This document shows positions 1 to 9,441 of a DNA stretch of 64,000 nucleotides, one piece after another; position 1 is the stretch's first letter, and every line of letters starts with the position of its first letter. Origin of the DNA: Candidatus Bathyarchaeota archaeon. Lineage in GTDB: Archaea; Thermoproteota; Bathyarchaeia; Bathyarchaeales; Bathycorpusculaceae. Location of the stretch: contig OY969706.1 in the NCBI GenBank assembly GCA_963702095.1, forward strand, positions 736,001 to 800,000, written 5' to 3'. A program made the translations under genes and the position numbers. Below the pieces are notes generated by a model. That model saw nothing but the letters and a program-made list of their open reading frames with translations. It was not told the origin of the DNA and ran no database searches.

Positions 1-109
1 AACGTCGTCATAACATACGATTGATAAACAGCAACAAACACTAAACCCAACCTTTCCTTTTTTATTTTAATTTAAAAAAACTTATAAAGCGACAGAGAAA
101 TGATAAAAT

Positions 110-1018
110 ATGAAGAACAAGCTATTCCTCAAAATATTTCTGGTTTTACTAATAGCCTCCCCCTTACTCATAGGATTCGGGCAAGCCCAAACTGCGGTAA
201 TAGGGGTCGCAAAGGACGAAACATTTGATTACAACTATAACCTCAGTTGGGTCTCTTCAGACTCTCAAGCTACACCTCCCGCAATTTATCAAAAAATAAA
301 TCAGACACAATCGATTGAACTCAAGATAACCGATGTATCTGGATCGATTGTATACATAGAAACTGTTAAGCACTACAAAAACGGAACTAGCACTTCTCAA
401 AGTGGATATGTAAATGTTGATAATGGCGAAATTACTGTCCCATTTGGAAACCTCGTAATTAGCGCTAATCTTAATCCCAACGAACAATTGTATCCCTCTG
501 GTGGCCATGCAATAATAGCTGATAGCTCGACTAGGACATATCCAAGCGGTCAAAGAGTGACTAACCACTATTTCTCTCAAACCAATAGCCAGGATGAATA
601 TGAGAAAGTTGAGGTTTATTTCGATAAAGCAAAGGGTATAGCGGTTGATTATTCAAGCGAAACACGGGAAACCTCCGAAGCTATCACTACAAAATGGACT
701 GAAACGCTGACAAATACGAATTCTGATGATTGGACCCGTTCACCCGAGGTTACTAGCACTTATACACCATCAGAAATTACATCCGCTACTACTTCTGCTA
801 CTACCTCCGCAACAAGCTATCCAGTCAACACACAAGATTCATCTTGGGGAACCCAAACCGAAGATTCACCGCAATCATCTAACATCATATTGGTTATTGC
901 AATTGTCTTGATTGTTATAGTTGCTGTATCGGTTCTTGCTTTGCGCGGCAGAAAGAACAAGCATACATCAAGTGTTGACAAAGATTTCGAAAAGTATCTA
1001 AAACCAAAAGCCTCCTAA
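110..1018 (+). CDS. Secreted, C-terminally membrane-anchored surface protein
   Basis: N-terminal signal peptide (MKNKLFLKIFLVLLIASPLLIGFGQA), S/T-rich linker, C-terminal TM followed by basic residues; TATA-like CTTATAAA at ~81-88; T-rich tract after the stop. Confidence 0.85.
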   Translation: MKNKLFLKIFLVLLIASPLLIGFGQAQTAVIGVAKDETFDYNYNLSWVSSDSQATPPAIYQKINQTQSIELKITDVSGSIVYIETVKHYKNGTSTSQSGYVNVDNGEITVPFGNLVISANLNPNEQLYPSGGHAIIADSSTRTYPSGQRVTNHYFSQTNSQDEYEKVEVYFDKAKGIAVDYSSETRETSEAITTKWTETLTNTNSDDWTRSPEVTSTYTPSEITSATTSATTSATSYPVNTQDSSWGTQTEDSPQSSNIILVIAIVLIVIVAVSVLALRGRKNKHTSSVDKDFEKYLKPKAS

Positions 1019-1312
1019 AGCTCTCTTTTTATTTTTTCTATTTTTTAGTTTAGGGGCTTGATAGTCTTTTTTTACGGGGGTTCACAAAATAGATACTGCC
1101 AAAACCAAAATATCACTCCCCGAAAGTCACATTAAACAACCGATATTCCGGAATTTTTTTTCTGAATTTAAGCTTGACTCTGTTTTGACTACTTATCGTT
1201 CAGCCAAAAATATGAAAGGTTAGATAGGCACCTAAGTAATCACTAACTAAAAAAACGCTTGTGTTTTTTCCACGTATCCTCTGTTAGCGCATACAAACCT
1301 ATTCGTCTGCCC

Positions 1313-1546
1313 TCAGCTATATACCAATAGTTCACCCCTAGGCAGCAGAGCCACACAAGTAATTGATGGTACAAACAGCACTGTCAAGGTGGCAGTGGTT
1401 CGGTTTAGCCCTAGGACTGAATCCGATGGTGATGTTGTGAATAATGCGGCTCCAACTACACCAACCACTAAAGCGGTAGCCCCCACTATTACAAAACAGA
1501 AAATGGCAAGACGATAATCCTTACTATATCTTATGTATCTTCTCAA
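1313..1546 (-). CDS. Small two-TM hypothetical membrane protein
   Basis: 77-aa ORF with two hydrophobic segments; TTG start. Confidence 0.4.
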   Translation of the reverse strand: MRRYIRYSKDYRLAIFCFVIVGATALVVGVVGAALFTTSPSDSVLGLNRTTATLTVLFVPSITCVALLPRGELLVYS

Positions 1547-1957
1547 TATACTCTACCCTCCTGCCCATAATTTGTTCGTTATCAATTAGAATTCACGATC
1601 AGATTAATAACTGTTATCTTAAGTCTCTTGTTACAATAATTAGGTAGAACATATCTACGACTTACCTAAGAAAACAGAGGCACAAAATTTTTATTCTAAC
1701 TCGGTTGCTATATGCTGCTGTTGAGAAGGGAAATGCAAGTGAAAACTATTGGGTATATTATTCTCTTTGGAGCAGTAAACGAAATCATAGTAAAAGACGA
1801 CACTGTAACCGTAAAAGAGATCGCGAAAAACCCCGACTAAACAGACATTGGCAACCCACATGTAAAAGTTATGCTTTAGCATACGCTTTTCTATCGTCCT
1901 ATCATTTTAAATGCCAAGCTAAGAAAAAAGAAAAATTCTTTAATTTATGGATGCTTA

Positions 1958-2245
1958 CTAGGAGAGCAATACTGCTAGTTGCTTGTCCTCTTCAATTTGC
2001 AGTACCTGCTTCAATTCGCTAAAAACTTTTAGGGCGCTCAACCCTTTCTCAGATAGAGCATACACGACTCGCACTTTTTTAATAACCCGCTCCTCTACGA
2101 GCCTATTCTTAATAAGAAAGTCAAGACTCACTTTTAGGATGTTACAATTAATGTTAGATTTATACATTATATGAGTTATCTTGAGGGGACCACTGGATAA
2201 AACATTAAGAATGTCTAAATAGATTTCTAATTTAGAGCGTCTCAC
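1958..2245 (-). CDS. Winged helix-turn-helix protein (HTH_45/DUF4364-like)
   Basis: RRSKLEIYLDIL...KITHIMYKSNIN...L..LI...LV...Y.L..KG pattern typical of small archaeal wHTH regulators. Confidence 0.85.
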   Translation of the reverse strand: MRRSKLEIYLDILNVLSSGPLKITHIMYKSNINCNILKVSLDFLIKNRLVEERVIKKVRVVYALSEKGLSALKVFSELKQVLQIEEDKQLAVLLS

Positions 2246-2439
2246 TGAGATACTTCCACTAAAGGTATCATCTCAAAAATAAAGCTGGGTTGCTTTCTGG
2301 TATAAACAACAAGCCTATTTTCAAACGCCGTAACTAGATCATCGATTAAAATTTCCTGTACATACCTTGGAAGCCCCTTAATTTCTTGGCAGAGCGCTTG
2401 AGATATTTTTTCTTTTACAATCTTTCTGTTTTGTTTCAT
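2242..2439 (-). CDS. Small conserved protein (DDL..AFENRL motif), translationally coupled to the wHTH gene
   Basis: 65 aa; 4-nt overlap with 1958..2245; two further paralogs in the window (2609-2769, ~21600-21827). Confidence 0.7.
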   Translation of the reverse strand: MKQNRKIVKEKISQALCQEIKGLPRYVQEILIDDLVTAFENRLVVYTRKQPSFIFEMIPLVEVSQ

Positions 2440-2608
2440 AAACTTTCACTTAGGGAGGATTACTGTTGAATAGACGCCAGTACATAATTCCTTTACGACT
2501 TCTAAATTCATATTGAGAAAACTTGTTAATTCTTGAATTCTGCATTCTTATTCCTGCTTCATAATTGATTAATAATCTAAACTTGACTAGTCTAAAGAGG
2601 ATAACCTT

Positions 2609-2769
2609 TTGAAAGATAGAGGCTCAAACCAAAAGACTCTCAAAGCGGACTGGCGGTAGCCCTGAGCGATGAGCTGAAAACTCTATCTGTTGATATGAGA
2701 AACATCCTCTTAGATGACCTAGTTTGCGCATTTGAAAACAGACTAAAGATTCTCCAAGGCAGAATCTAG
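2609..2769 (+). pseudogene. Frameshifted paralog of the DDL..AFENRL small protein
   Basis: Manual translation: TTG MKDRGSNQKTLK / frameshift / LAVALSDELKTLSVDMRNILLDDLVCAFENRLKILQGRI*. Confidence 0.7.
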
Positions 2770-2809
2770 CGAAAATTCTTAGCGCGCCTAGAGGAAATTG
2801 AGGTTATCA

Positions 2810-3031
2810 ATGCCACGTTCTAATTTAGAAATTTATGTAAACATACTATAAGCCTTGGCGTCTAAGCATCTAATCAACACATCAGGAATAATGCGTAAAT
2901 CAAACCTTAACAGCAGCACAGCAGTAAAAGAACACCTTTAGTTTCTCCTAACCAACAACCTGATTGATAAGATTAATCTCAAAAAGAAGGTTGCCTATTC
3001 AATAACTCCAAAAGCTTCAAACATTTGTTAA
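2810..3031 (+). pseudogene. wHTH (HTH_45-like) pseudogene
   Basis: MPRSNLEIYVNIL*ALASKHLINTSGIMRKSNLNSSTAVKEHL*FLLTNNLIDKINLKKKVAYSITPKASNIC*: two in-frame stops; clearly homologous to 1958..2245. Confidence 0.8.
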
Positions 3032-3090
3032 AATAAACGAACCATTCCAATTAGGTAAGGAAGACCTTCACCTTTCTTGTTCTAACATGG

Positions 3091-3112
3091 GGGGAAGTTT
3101 CGACTTTCCTTT
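3091..3112 (+). terminator. UUCG-loop hairpin downstream of the pseudo-wHTH
   Basis: GGGGAAGT-TTCG-ACTTTCCT followed by T residues. Confidence 0.4.
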
Positions 3113-3261
3113 AATCCAAATTTCGAGCTTTTCAGTTTGTTCAGCATAATTGCAACAAGAAATAGCGGAAAAAAAATTTTTTTCATAAAAAAGAATTAGA
3201 TAATGATACGAAAATAGGAAAAAGCTTAAATTAATGCTTTTAAATTATCTAATGAACAGGT

Positions 3262-3528
3262 ATGGTAACTAGCAAACTCGAACAATATCTCACAATTGCT
3301 AAGACAATAATGGAATCAGGACCCCTAACCTTTGAACAGTTAACCCGCCTTTTAAGAGTCAACACATTTTCCTTGAAAAAAGCATTAGGTTTTTTGGTTG
3401 ACCAAGGATTGGTTAAAGCAAATAACACAGATAAAAAAGTCACTTATACATTAGCGCCGGGTGGATTCAACATTCTGTCCTTCTTCAAACTCCTTCCCTT
3501 GGAAGAGCCCCGAGAAATCCATGTTTAG
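3262..3528 (+). CDS. Winged helix-turn-helix protein (HTH_45-like)
   Basis: SKLEQYLTI...GPLT...L.FLVDQGLV...Y.L...G pattern. Confidence 0.8.
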   Translation: MVTSKLEQYLTIAKTIMESGPLTFEQLTRLLRVNTFSLKKALGFLVDQGLVKANNTDKKVTYTLAPGGFNILSFFKLLPLEEPREIHV

Positions 3529-3711
3529 ATGACTTAACCCCCTTACTGCTTGCTTTTATGCGAATTTGCTTTTGAAAGAAGAAGACTTTGTTTTTGTGAG
3601 TATTTGTGTGCAGCTTGTTTCAGGTTCTTTTTTGTGTGCAAAGCTTTAATTGTTTGCTGGTTGTGTCATTGGACGTCAAGCAGCGTCTTGAAAAGTCAGA
3701 GGTTGGTTACT

Positions 3712-3983
3712 GTGCCTTTAACTGAGAGAGTTAAGTTCAAAACCCGGTTGCAGCGTGGAAACAGAGTTCAGATCCCGAAATTAGTTCGTTGGCAATTTAG
3801 GCTTGAAACGGATCAAATTCTTAAAGTGAGCGTAAGCGTGGTTGGGTTTTGCAGGAGAGCTTTTTGACTAAAATGGGGAAAGATGGGCGTATTGTTGTTC
3901 CTTCGCTGATTTTATTTTTGTTGAAGAAGGATACGCCGGGTCTTGAGGGCTATGTAATGGATGTCACGCTTGAGCCTTGCTGA
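3712..3983 (+). CDS. Tandem AbrB/SpoVT-like swapped-hairpin DNA-binding protein (frameshifted near 3850)
   Basis: GTG PLTERVKFKTRLQRGNRVQIPKLVRWQF... continues in another frame as ESFLTKMGKDGRIVVPSL...YVMDVTLEPC*; two GRI.IP-type half-repeats. Confidence 0.65.
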
Positions 3984-4539
3984 GGGGAAGTGGGGTTTCA
4001 AGTTTGTTATTTATTTGAGGCAGCTATTTTGGGTTTGCAAACTATTCGAATGTTGACAAGTTGGTTTAGGTAGACGCGCGCTTGCCCAAGAGAAGCTAAG
4101 TGCAAGTTGGGAACAAATACCATAGTCACGATCAGACTGTAAGCCATATCCGTTAGGTCTCGCAGGCATATAGGAGGGGGTTATTGGTATAATTCCACCG
4201 CAAGCTAAAGGAGGAAAAATAATCCTCCAATGGAAGAAAAAAATGTTTTTTCGGCTACATTTCATGAGGGCCTAATTTAAGTTGCCTTTCTATTATCAGG
4301 TTTGCAGCTCTTGCTGTTTGCGCATCAAAAGTCTATATAAGTCGATGAAAGGTTGGATTCAGCTTATGCTACTAAACAGAAAAAACAACCTCCTAAACGC
4401 ACCTGTAACGGGGCAGTCGCTTTTCAAAGTCCTAAACTAATCCCCGGCACCGCAAACTAACGATAAACCGAACCTTAACCTGTTGTATCTCCCGCGATCT
4501 TTTTTTGAAAATCCCAAAGTGGGATTACCCGAGAATGAA

Positions 4540-4764
4540 TGTTAAAGCCATAAACAGCTATACGGAGTAGCAGCTATCTGCAAACAGAACGCAAGCATGA
4601 CTGCGAGCTTTAGCAAAAACACAGTACCAGCAGGCTCAAACGCCAAAGTAACCTTCACAGTAGCTAGAACAACAGGACAAGGAATTTACACCATAACAAT
4701 TGCGGGCATAGATAACGCAGGATTGTCGCATAAAACTCAGATTAGTGTAACGGTCAGGAGATAA
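4540..4764 (+). pseudogene. Remnant of the C-terminal Ig-like domain of a surface protein (copy A)
   Basis: 4597-4764 reads MTASFSKNTVPAGSNAKVTFTVARTTGQGIYTITIAGIDNAGLSHKTQISVTVRR*; the upstream part is disrupted; similar DNA at 5553-5710. Confidence 0.55.
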
Positions 4765-5552
4765 AAAAAATCTCCATCTACTTCTTTTTTATAGTTATCA
4801 GTTATAAAACTCTAGCGAAAAAGCGTTGAAAGAGCAGTTAACTAAACATTCCCTATAATAACCGCAGGCATTACAGAATTAATGAAACACTAAAAAACCA
4901 GCGCATTGCCAAGTCTTGACTCAATACGAGTTAGAAAACTGTTTAGCATGAGATGGATAGGATACAACTGCCGGTACCGGACTGTAGATTTCCGTTAGGT
5001 CTTGTCTCGCAGGTAAATAAATAAGAGGCTTATTAGTGATTGAAGATTCAACATAAGTTAACAGAGGAAAATGGTCTCTGGTTGAAGAAAAAATGCATAT
5101 ATAGAGGCAAATTTTGAGGCTTAATTTGTTGCGGTTATGGTACATGATTGCAATTTTTTCTGTTTCCGTCGCTAAAACTCTCATTGCTCGATCAAAGGCT
5201 AAGATCCGATTCATGGGAAGCTTACCAGAAACAGGTTGAGCAATAAAATCGCTGACTGCAACAATGAAAATTGGTGAAATATTATTTGAACAAAAGAAGA
5301 ACAAATCGTCTTTTTCCAGAAAAAGGCTGTTTTTTCTTCTCTCAAAACCTTGAGCTTAGGCCAAGCTTTCTTTTGGGTTCTACCAACTGATGCTCGTCAT
5401 TTATATCCTATGGTTCGCCTTTTACCCAACCAACGGGCCCAAATCCAACAAAAAGACGAATTTTGCCGTTTGCCGTTCCTTGCGACCTATTTGCATGCTG
5501 AGATGATTTAGGTAGATGAGCGCTTGCTATAGAGGGTACGACTAAGACTAAC

Positions 5553-5710
5553 TGTTAAAGCCATAAACAGCTACCATGGGTAGCATCTGTCTGCAAACGA
5601 AATTCCAGCAAAGTAACCGCAAGCTTTAGCAAAAAACCCTTTTCCAGCAGGCTCTAATGCCAAAGTAACCTTAACAGTTGCAAGAACACCAGCACGGGGA
5701 ACCTTCAACT
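5553..5710 (+). repeat. Degenerate direct duplicate of ~4540-4690 (copy B)
   Basis: Shared blocks TGTTAAAGCCATAAACAGCTA, AGCTTTAGCAAAAA, CCAGCAGGCTC.AA.GCCAAAGTAACCTT.ACAGT.GC.AGAAC. Confidence 0.7.
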
Positions 5711-6095
5711 TAACGGAACCCTACCTACATACAAATCAACTTAAAGAATAATAAAACTATAAGTTAAAGATCATTGCGCAGAAAAAGTAAAATATCTCAA
5801 AATTTTGAAAATAAGAAAATACCGTAGTCATCAGATCTACACAAGTATATTTAAATAAAGTAGTTTTCTGGCTTTCCTGAAATTAGGGCCAGTTTTGAAG
5901 ATGGAGACATAAAGTTTTCAGAATGCCCATTACATTCACCCTGCGGTACATTAAAGAACAAGAAAGCACTGCTAAAGCACTGCTATTACCACACTAAGTC
6001 ACACTACACTGAGTAATGCAAGATACCAAATAATCACGAGAGTTATAGAATTAAAAAAAAGAAAAGGATGGGGATCTAGTTTTTCTGCAGGCTGC

Positions 6096-7613
6096 CTATG
6101 TGAGACCTGGAACGTAGGTCACTTCAACCCACACTTGAGTACACTCCGCATAGGACCAATATCCACCGTAACTACTAGTATATTGAGACCTGAGTTCAAC
6201 GCCGATCTGCAAAGCATTAATGTTTCCCCAAGTCCATTCTCCGCTTCCGAGGTTACCTGATTTAGTCGTGTAGTCAGTGTGGTAGTTTTGCCAACTGGTG
6301 GTCAGACTGATCGAACTACTGTCTTCTACGCTTCCTGTGCCAATTCTTAGTGCTGTTCTCGCTGAGACACTACTTTGATAATTGTTGTCTTCTTGACATC
6401 TGATGTAGATACCAACATTGGTGATCTTGCCAGTAAGTATCTGATCTGCAATGTTGTATGTGTCAGTCTGATAATTGTTGTCGCTATTGCCTCTAACGTA
6501 TGTTGTTGTGCCATCTGCTGTTTCCTCATCGACACGGTCCCAGTTTGCTGTGCCGGTTCCGCGCGGGTCCAAGTGGGTATCAGTTCCAACTGCATTTGGT
6601 CGAAGTGTTACTTTTGTAGCGAAGTTTGCTGTAACAGTGATTGATCCACTTGCGGCGTCGTCGATGTTCATTGTTGTTGATGCTGAAGTTGAACTGCCAA
6701 ATGTTACTGCGCCTGCCGGGCTACAGGTCCACGAATAGAATGTATTGCTGCCTGAGGGTGAAGCGACTATAGATATGCCTGTTTGACCAGCGTCGTATGA
6801 TTGCGGACTTGAGTTAGGGGTCGTTATTCCTCCTAGACTAACTTGGTTCACAGCGAAAGCCACTTGAACTGGAGTGGTAGCAGGTGTCACTTCTAGAGAT
6901 GCATAACCAACAATTGAAGAAACCGTAGCGGTTATGGTGTATCCGGTTCCAACGTCGCCTGCAGTCAGAGTGTTGCCTGAGAAACTTCCTCCATTACCAG
7001 AAACTGCCCAAGTAGTTGAAGAAGTAACATCCCAGTTTACAGAGCCATCAGTAGCAGTAGCGGTATAAGCTTGAGTTGTACCCGCCATAAGAGTAACAGA
7101 ATCTGGGGTAATAGTGATGCTTGTGGCGTCACCGTGAGCGGGGATTATAACAGTGCCGCCTGAGCCGGGTTTGCCTGTTGCACTCATAGATGTGCCGTCG
7201 GTTGTGGTAACTTTGATGTCATATCTTGTGTTAGGATCGTAAGCCTTGTCGTCTATTAGCAAGTCTACAGTGTTGCCTTCAGCAATTTGTTTGGATGTAT
7301 CAGTTGAGAAATCAGCTACCTGTTCACCATCTACATAAACAGCGCCAATCTGCACGGTTCCTTGCCCAACGTTCTGGACATAGACCACCATGTCATCGTC
7401 GTCGTTAACGGTAAAGCTAGGTAGAGCTATGGCGTTTCCGGTTTTGTCAGTTTGGAATCCGATGTAGCCGCTGACCCACGCGTAAACCACAAGGGACGCA
7501 ACAACTGCAATAGCAATCATAAGAAGCGTCGCTACAACAGGTGAAATTGCTCTAGTAGATCGTCGAAATTTAGTTACCACTCGAACATTACATTGTCTAA
7601 CCAATACTTTCAC
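6096..7613 (-). CDS. Large archaeal type IV pilin-N-domain adhesin 1
   Basis: Class III signal RRSTRA|ISPVVATLLMIAIAVVASLVVYAW, pilin domain, Ig-like stalk, beta-rich C-terminal domain ending VWVEVTY. Confidence 0.9.
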   Translation of the reverse strand: MKVLVRQCNVRVVTKFRRSTRAISPVVATLLMIAIAVVASLVVYAWVSGYIGFQTDKTGNAIALPSFTVNDDDDMVVYVQNVGQGTVQIGAVYVDGEQVADFSTDTSKQIAEGNTVDLLIDDKAYDPNTRYDIKVTTTDGTSMSATGKPGSGGTVIIPAHGDATSITITPDSVTLMAGTTQAYTATATDGSVNWDVTSSTTWAVSGNGGSFSGNTLTAGDVGTGYTITATVSSIVGYASLEVTPATTPVQVAFAVNQVSLGGITTPNSSPQSYDAGQTGISIVASPSGSNTFYSWTCSPAGAVTFGSSTSASTTMNIDDAASGSITVTANFATKVTLRPNAVGTDTHLDPRGTGTANWDRVDEETADGTTTYVRGNSDNNYQTDTYNIADQILTGKITNVGIYIRCQEDNNYQSSVSARTALRIGTGSVEDSSSISLTTSWQNYHTDYTTKSGNLGSGEWTWGNINALQIGVELRSQYTSSYGGYWSYAECTQVWVEVTYVPGLT

Positions 7614-7666
7614 ATCTCACTAAATTACAAATAGATATTCTACGTAGCGATAAGTTGATTTCATGT

Positions 7667-7696
7667 TATATAAAATTTCATAGAAGAATACTCTAT
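7667..7696 (-). promoter_or_regulatory. BRE/TATA plus ATAGA-N7-TCTAT palindrome of adhesin 1
   Basis: + strand TATATAAAATTTC-ATAGAAGAATACTCTAT; same arrangement upstream of adhesins 2 and 3. Confidence 0.7.
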
Positions 7697-7800
7697 AGAG
7701 CAAAATTAGATAAAACAAGTCTAAAGGATAACTTTTTCACCCAAATATTCCTAAAGGAGGCACCATCTCTCAGCGACCGCCCCTCCCCCACGCCTACGCT

Positions 7801-7972
7801 CTTTATGTGGGTGTGGCATTTTACGGCACACCACAAGAATGCAAAAGCGGCACGTTGCTTTTTGGGTTCGGGCTGTTTTTCTCTGTTTGTTTCGGTGTGG
7901 GCTGCGTGATTTCCTCCACAAGAATAACATACCTCTATGTTGGATTTGTCTGGGTGTGTATGTGGTGGCATG
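7801..7972 (-). repeat. Dispersed ~172-bp intergenic element, copy 1
   Basis: Aligns end to end (CATG...CCACACCCACATAAAG) with 43969-44140 and 52929-53099. Confidence 0.85.
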
Positions 7973-8074
7973 TTGAATCCGCTTAAGAATCCACCGCATA
8001 TCAATGAAACGCAATGTAATCAGGCACTAACATAGCCACCCGACGTAGTCAAAAAATTCCAAACAAAACAGCAA

Positions 8075-8908
8075 TTATCCGTCGCTGAATTCGCATCTGT
8101 CCCATTTGTCCCAGAAGAGCGCTTGACACGCAGCCACCAGCGCGGGGTGCTTTGTCCACAGTTCGGGTCCTTTGGCCAGTGGACTGTTGGGGGTGAAAGC
8201 CACTACCGCTTGCGTCCTATCGAAGACGGTCATTGCGGCAGTGGGCGGCTCCGGCGTGGTTTTGAGTTTGAAATTTGGGTGCTTGACCAAGGCAGTTTTG
8301 ACCCATTCGGGCAGGCAATGCACAGGCGGCTTCTCCGCAAGCAACTCCACCATCACACCCCTTTTGACTGCCTCCAGCAACTCCGCCTCAAAAAGAAAAC
8401 AAAACTGCCGAAACTGAACCCAACTCAACACTGCTTGCACCCGATGCTGGGCACTCCCAATCGCAGTCTGAAAGTTATTTTCGCCAGCCGTCTCCGAGAC
8501 AACGCCAAAAGACGGTGCGCCTTCTATGGGGTTTGGTATGATTTGCCTGAACTTTTTCGACAGCGCCATAGCCTGCTTGGTCATGAGGTTGAGTTCGGCT
8601 AGTTTGCGTTCAATGAGCAGCCCTGTTCCTTGAGCAATGGGCACAGCCGAGAAGCGCGTCGGGACAGTAAGGCAACGCTTTACCAGCCCCAACTGCTCCA
8701 GTTCCCCAAGAAGCCGATAAACCTCTTGACGTTCAATAGAAGCAAAACACGAAATCGCCTTAGCTTTGGTATCGCCAATTTTTAGCAATGCTAAATAAAT
8801 CCTCGCCTGCTTAGTTGAAAGCCCCAAGCTAGCCAAAACATCCACTCCCTCCACGCTTGACACGCTTCGGTTAAGTATTTGTGGGGGTTTTGTCAGGGGT
8901 GTTTGCAT
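8075..8908 (-). CDS. TrmB-family transcriptional regulator
   Basis: LGLSTKQARIYLALL...R.EVYRLL.EL...GLV...P.RF.A.P wHTH plus C-terminal effector domain; paralog at 26350-27204. Confidence 0.9.
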   Translation of the reverse strand: MQTPLTKPPQILNRSVSSVEGVDVLASLGLSTKQARIYLALLKIGDTKAKAISCFASIERQEVYRLLGELEQLGLVKRCLTVPTRFSAVPIAQGTGLLIERKLAELNLMTKQAMALSKKFRQIIPNPIEGAPSFGVVSETAGENNFQTAIGSAQHRVQAVLSWVQFRQFCFLFEAELLEAVKRGVMVELLAEKPPVHCLPEWVKTALVKHPNFKLKTTPEPPTAAMTVFDRTQAVVAFTPNSPLAKGPELWTKHPALVAACQALFWDKWDRCEFSDG

Positions 8909-9058
8909 TTTTTTCGTTCTTTTTGTTTAATGCTTTCCATGCTAATTACGCTGTCAAACAATATAACATTTACTTAATTTTACTTAAAAGTACAGAATAA
9001 CACAGAAAAATACAGATAACCCCTAAACGTGGCGACAATCATACTAAATCGGATGTAA

Positions 9059-9217
9059 ATGGTAAAAGTTAAGCTTACAGTCAGTATCCAGCCGGACATA
9101 GTTCACTGGATAGATGAACAAGTAGCACAAGGCCACTTCGCAGACAGAAGCCACGCAGTCCAATACTCCATGCTAAAAGTCAAAGAACTGATAGAAAAAG
9201 GACAAATAAAATTCTAA
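9059..9217 (+). CDS. Ribbon-helix-helix (CopG/Arc-MetJ) protein
   Basis: Absent from the ORF track (52 aa): MVKVKLTVSIQPDIVHWIDEQVAQGHFADRSHAVQYSMLKVKELIEKGQIKF; close paralog at 26049-26207. Confidence 0.85.
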   Translation: MVKVKLTVSIQPDIVHWIDEQVAQGHFADRSHAVQYSMLKVKELIEKGQIKF

Positions 9218-9441
9218 ACAAATCAGTCTGTGTTGAGAACCCAGTCACCCTCAAAGCGGCCCTCCTTTTAAAAATCAACCAAAACCAACCTACCCAAATC
9301 AACAATGATCAAGCCCTCGGTGGGACTTCGCCACCCTTTTCCATGAAAAAAGGAAAATACGCTAATTAAAAACCAGTACGTACAAGTGTTTTTAAAAAGG
9401 TTTAAAAAGAAAGAAAAGAGGTTTTTGAATAACCATAGCAC

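Noticed and set aside
2810-3031. Stop-codon recoding (Pyl/Sec) in the wHTH copy
   Set aside because: One internal stop is TAA and the upstream partner is also broken, so pseudogenisation is the simpler explanation
4400-4460. tRNA-like 3' fragment (AATCCCCGGCACCGCA)
   Set aside because: No cloverleaf, T-loop GTTCRA or acceptor-stem pairing
4921-5304. 127-aa ORF
   Set aside because: No motif or RBS, atypical composition, in a decayed region
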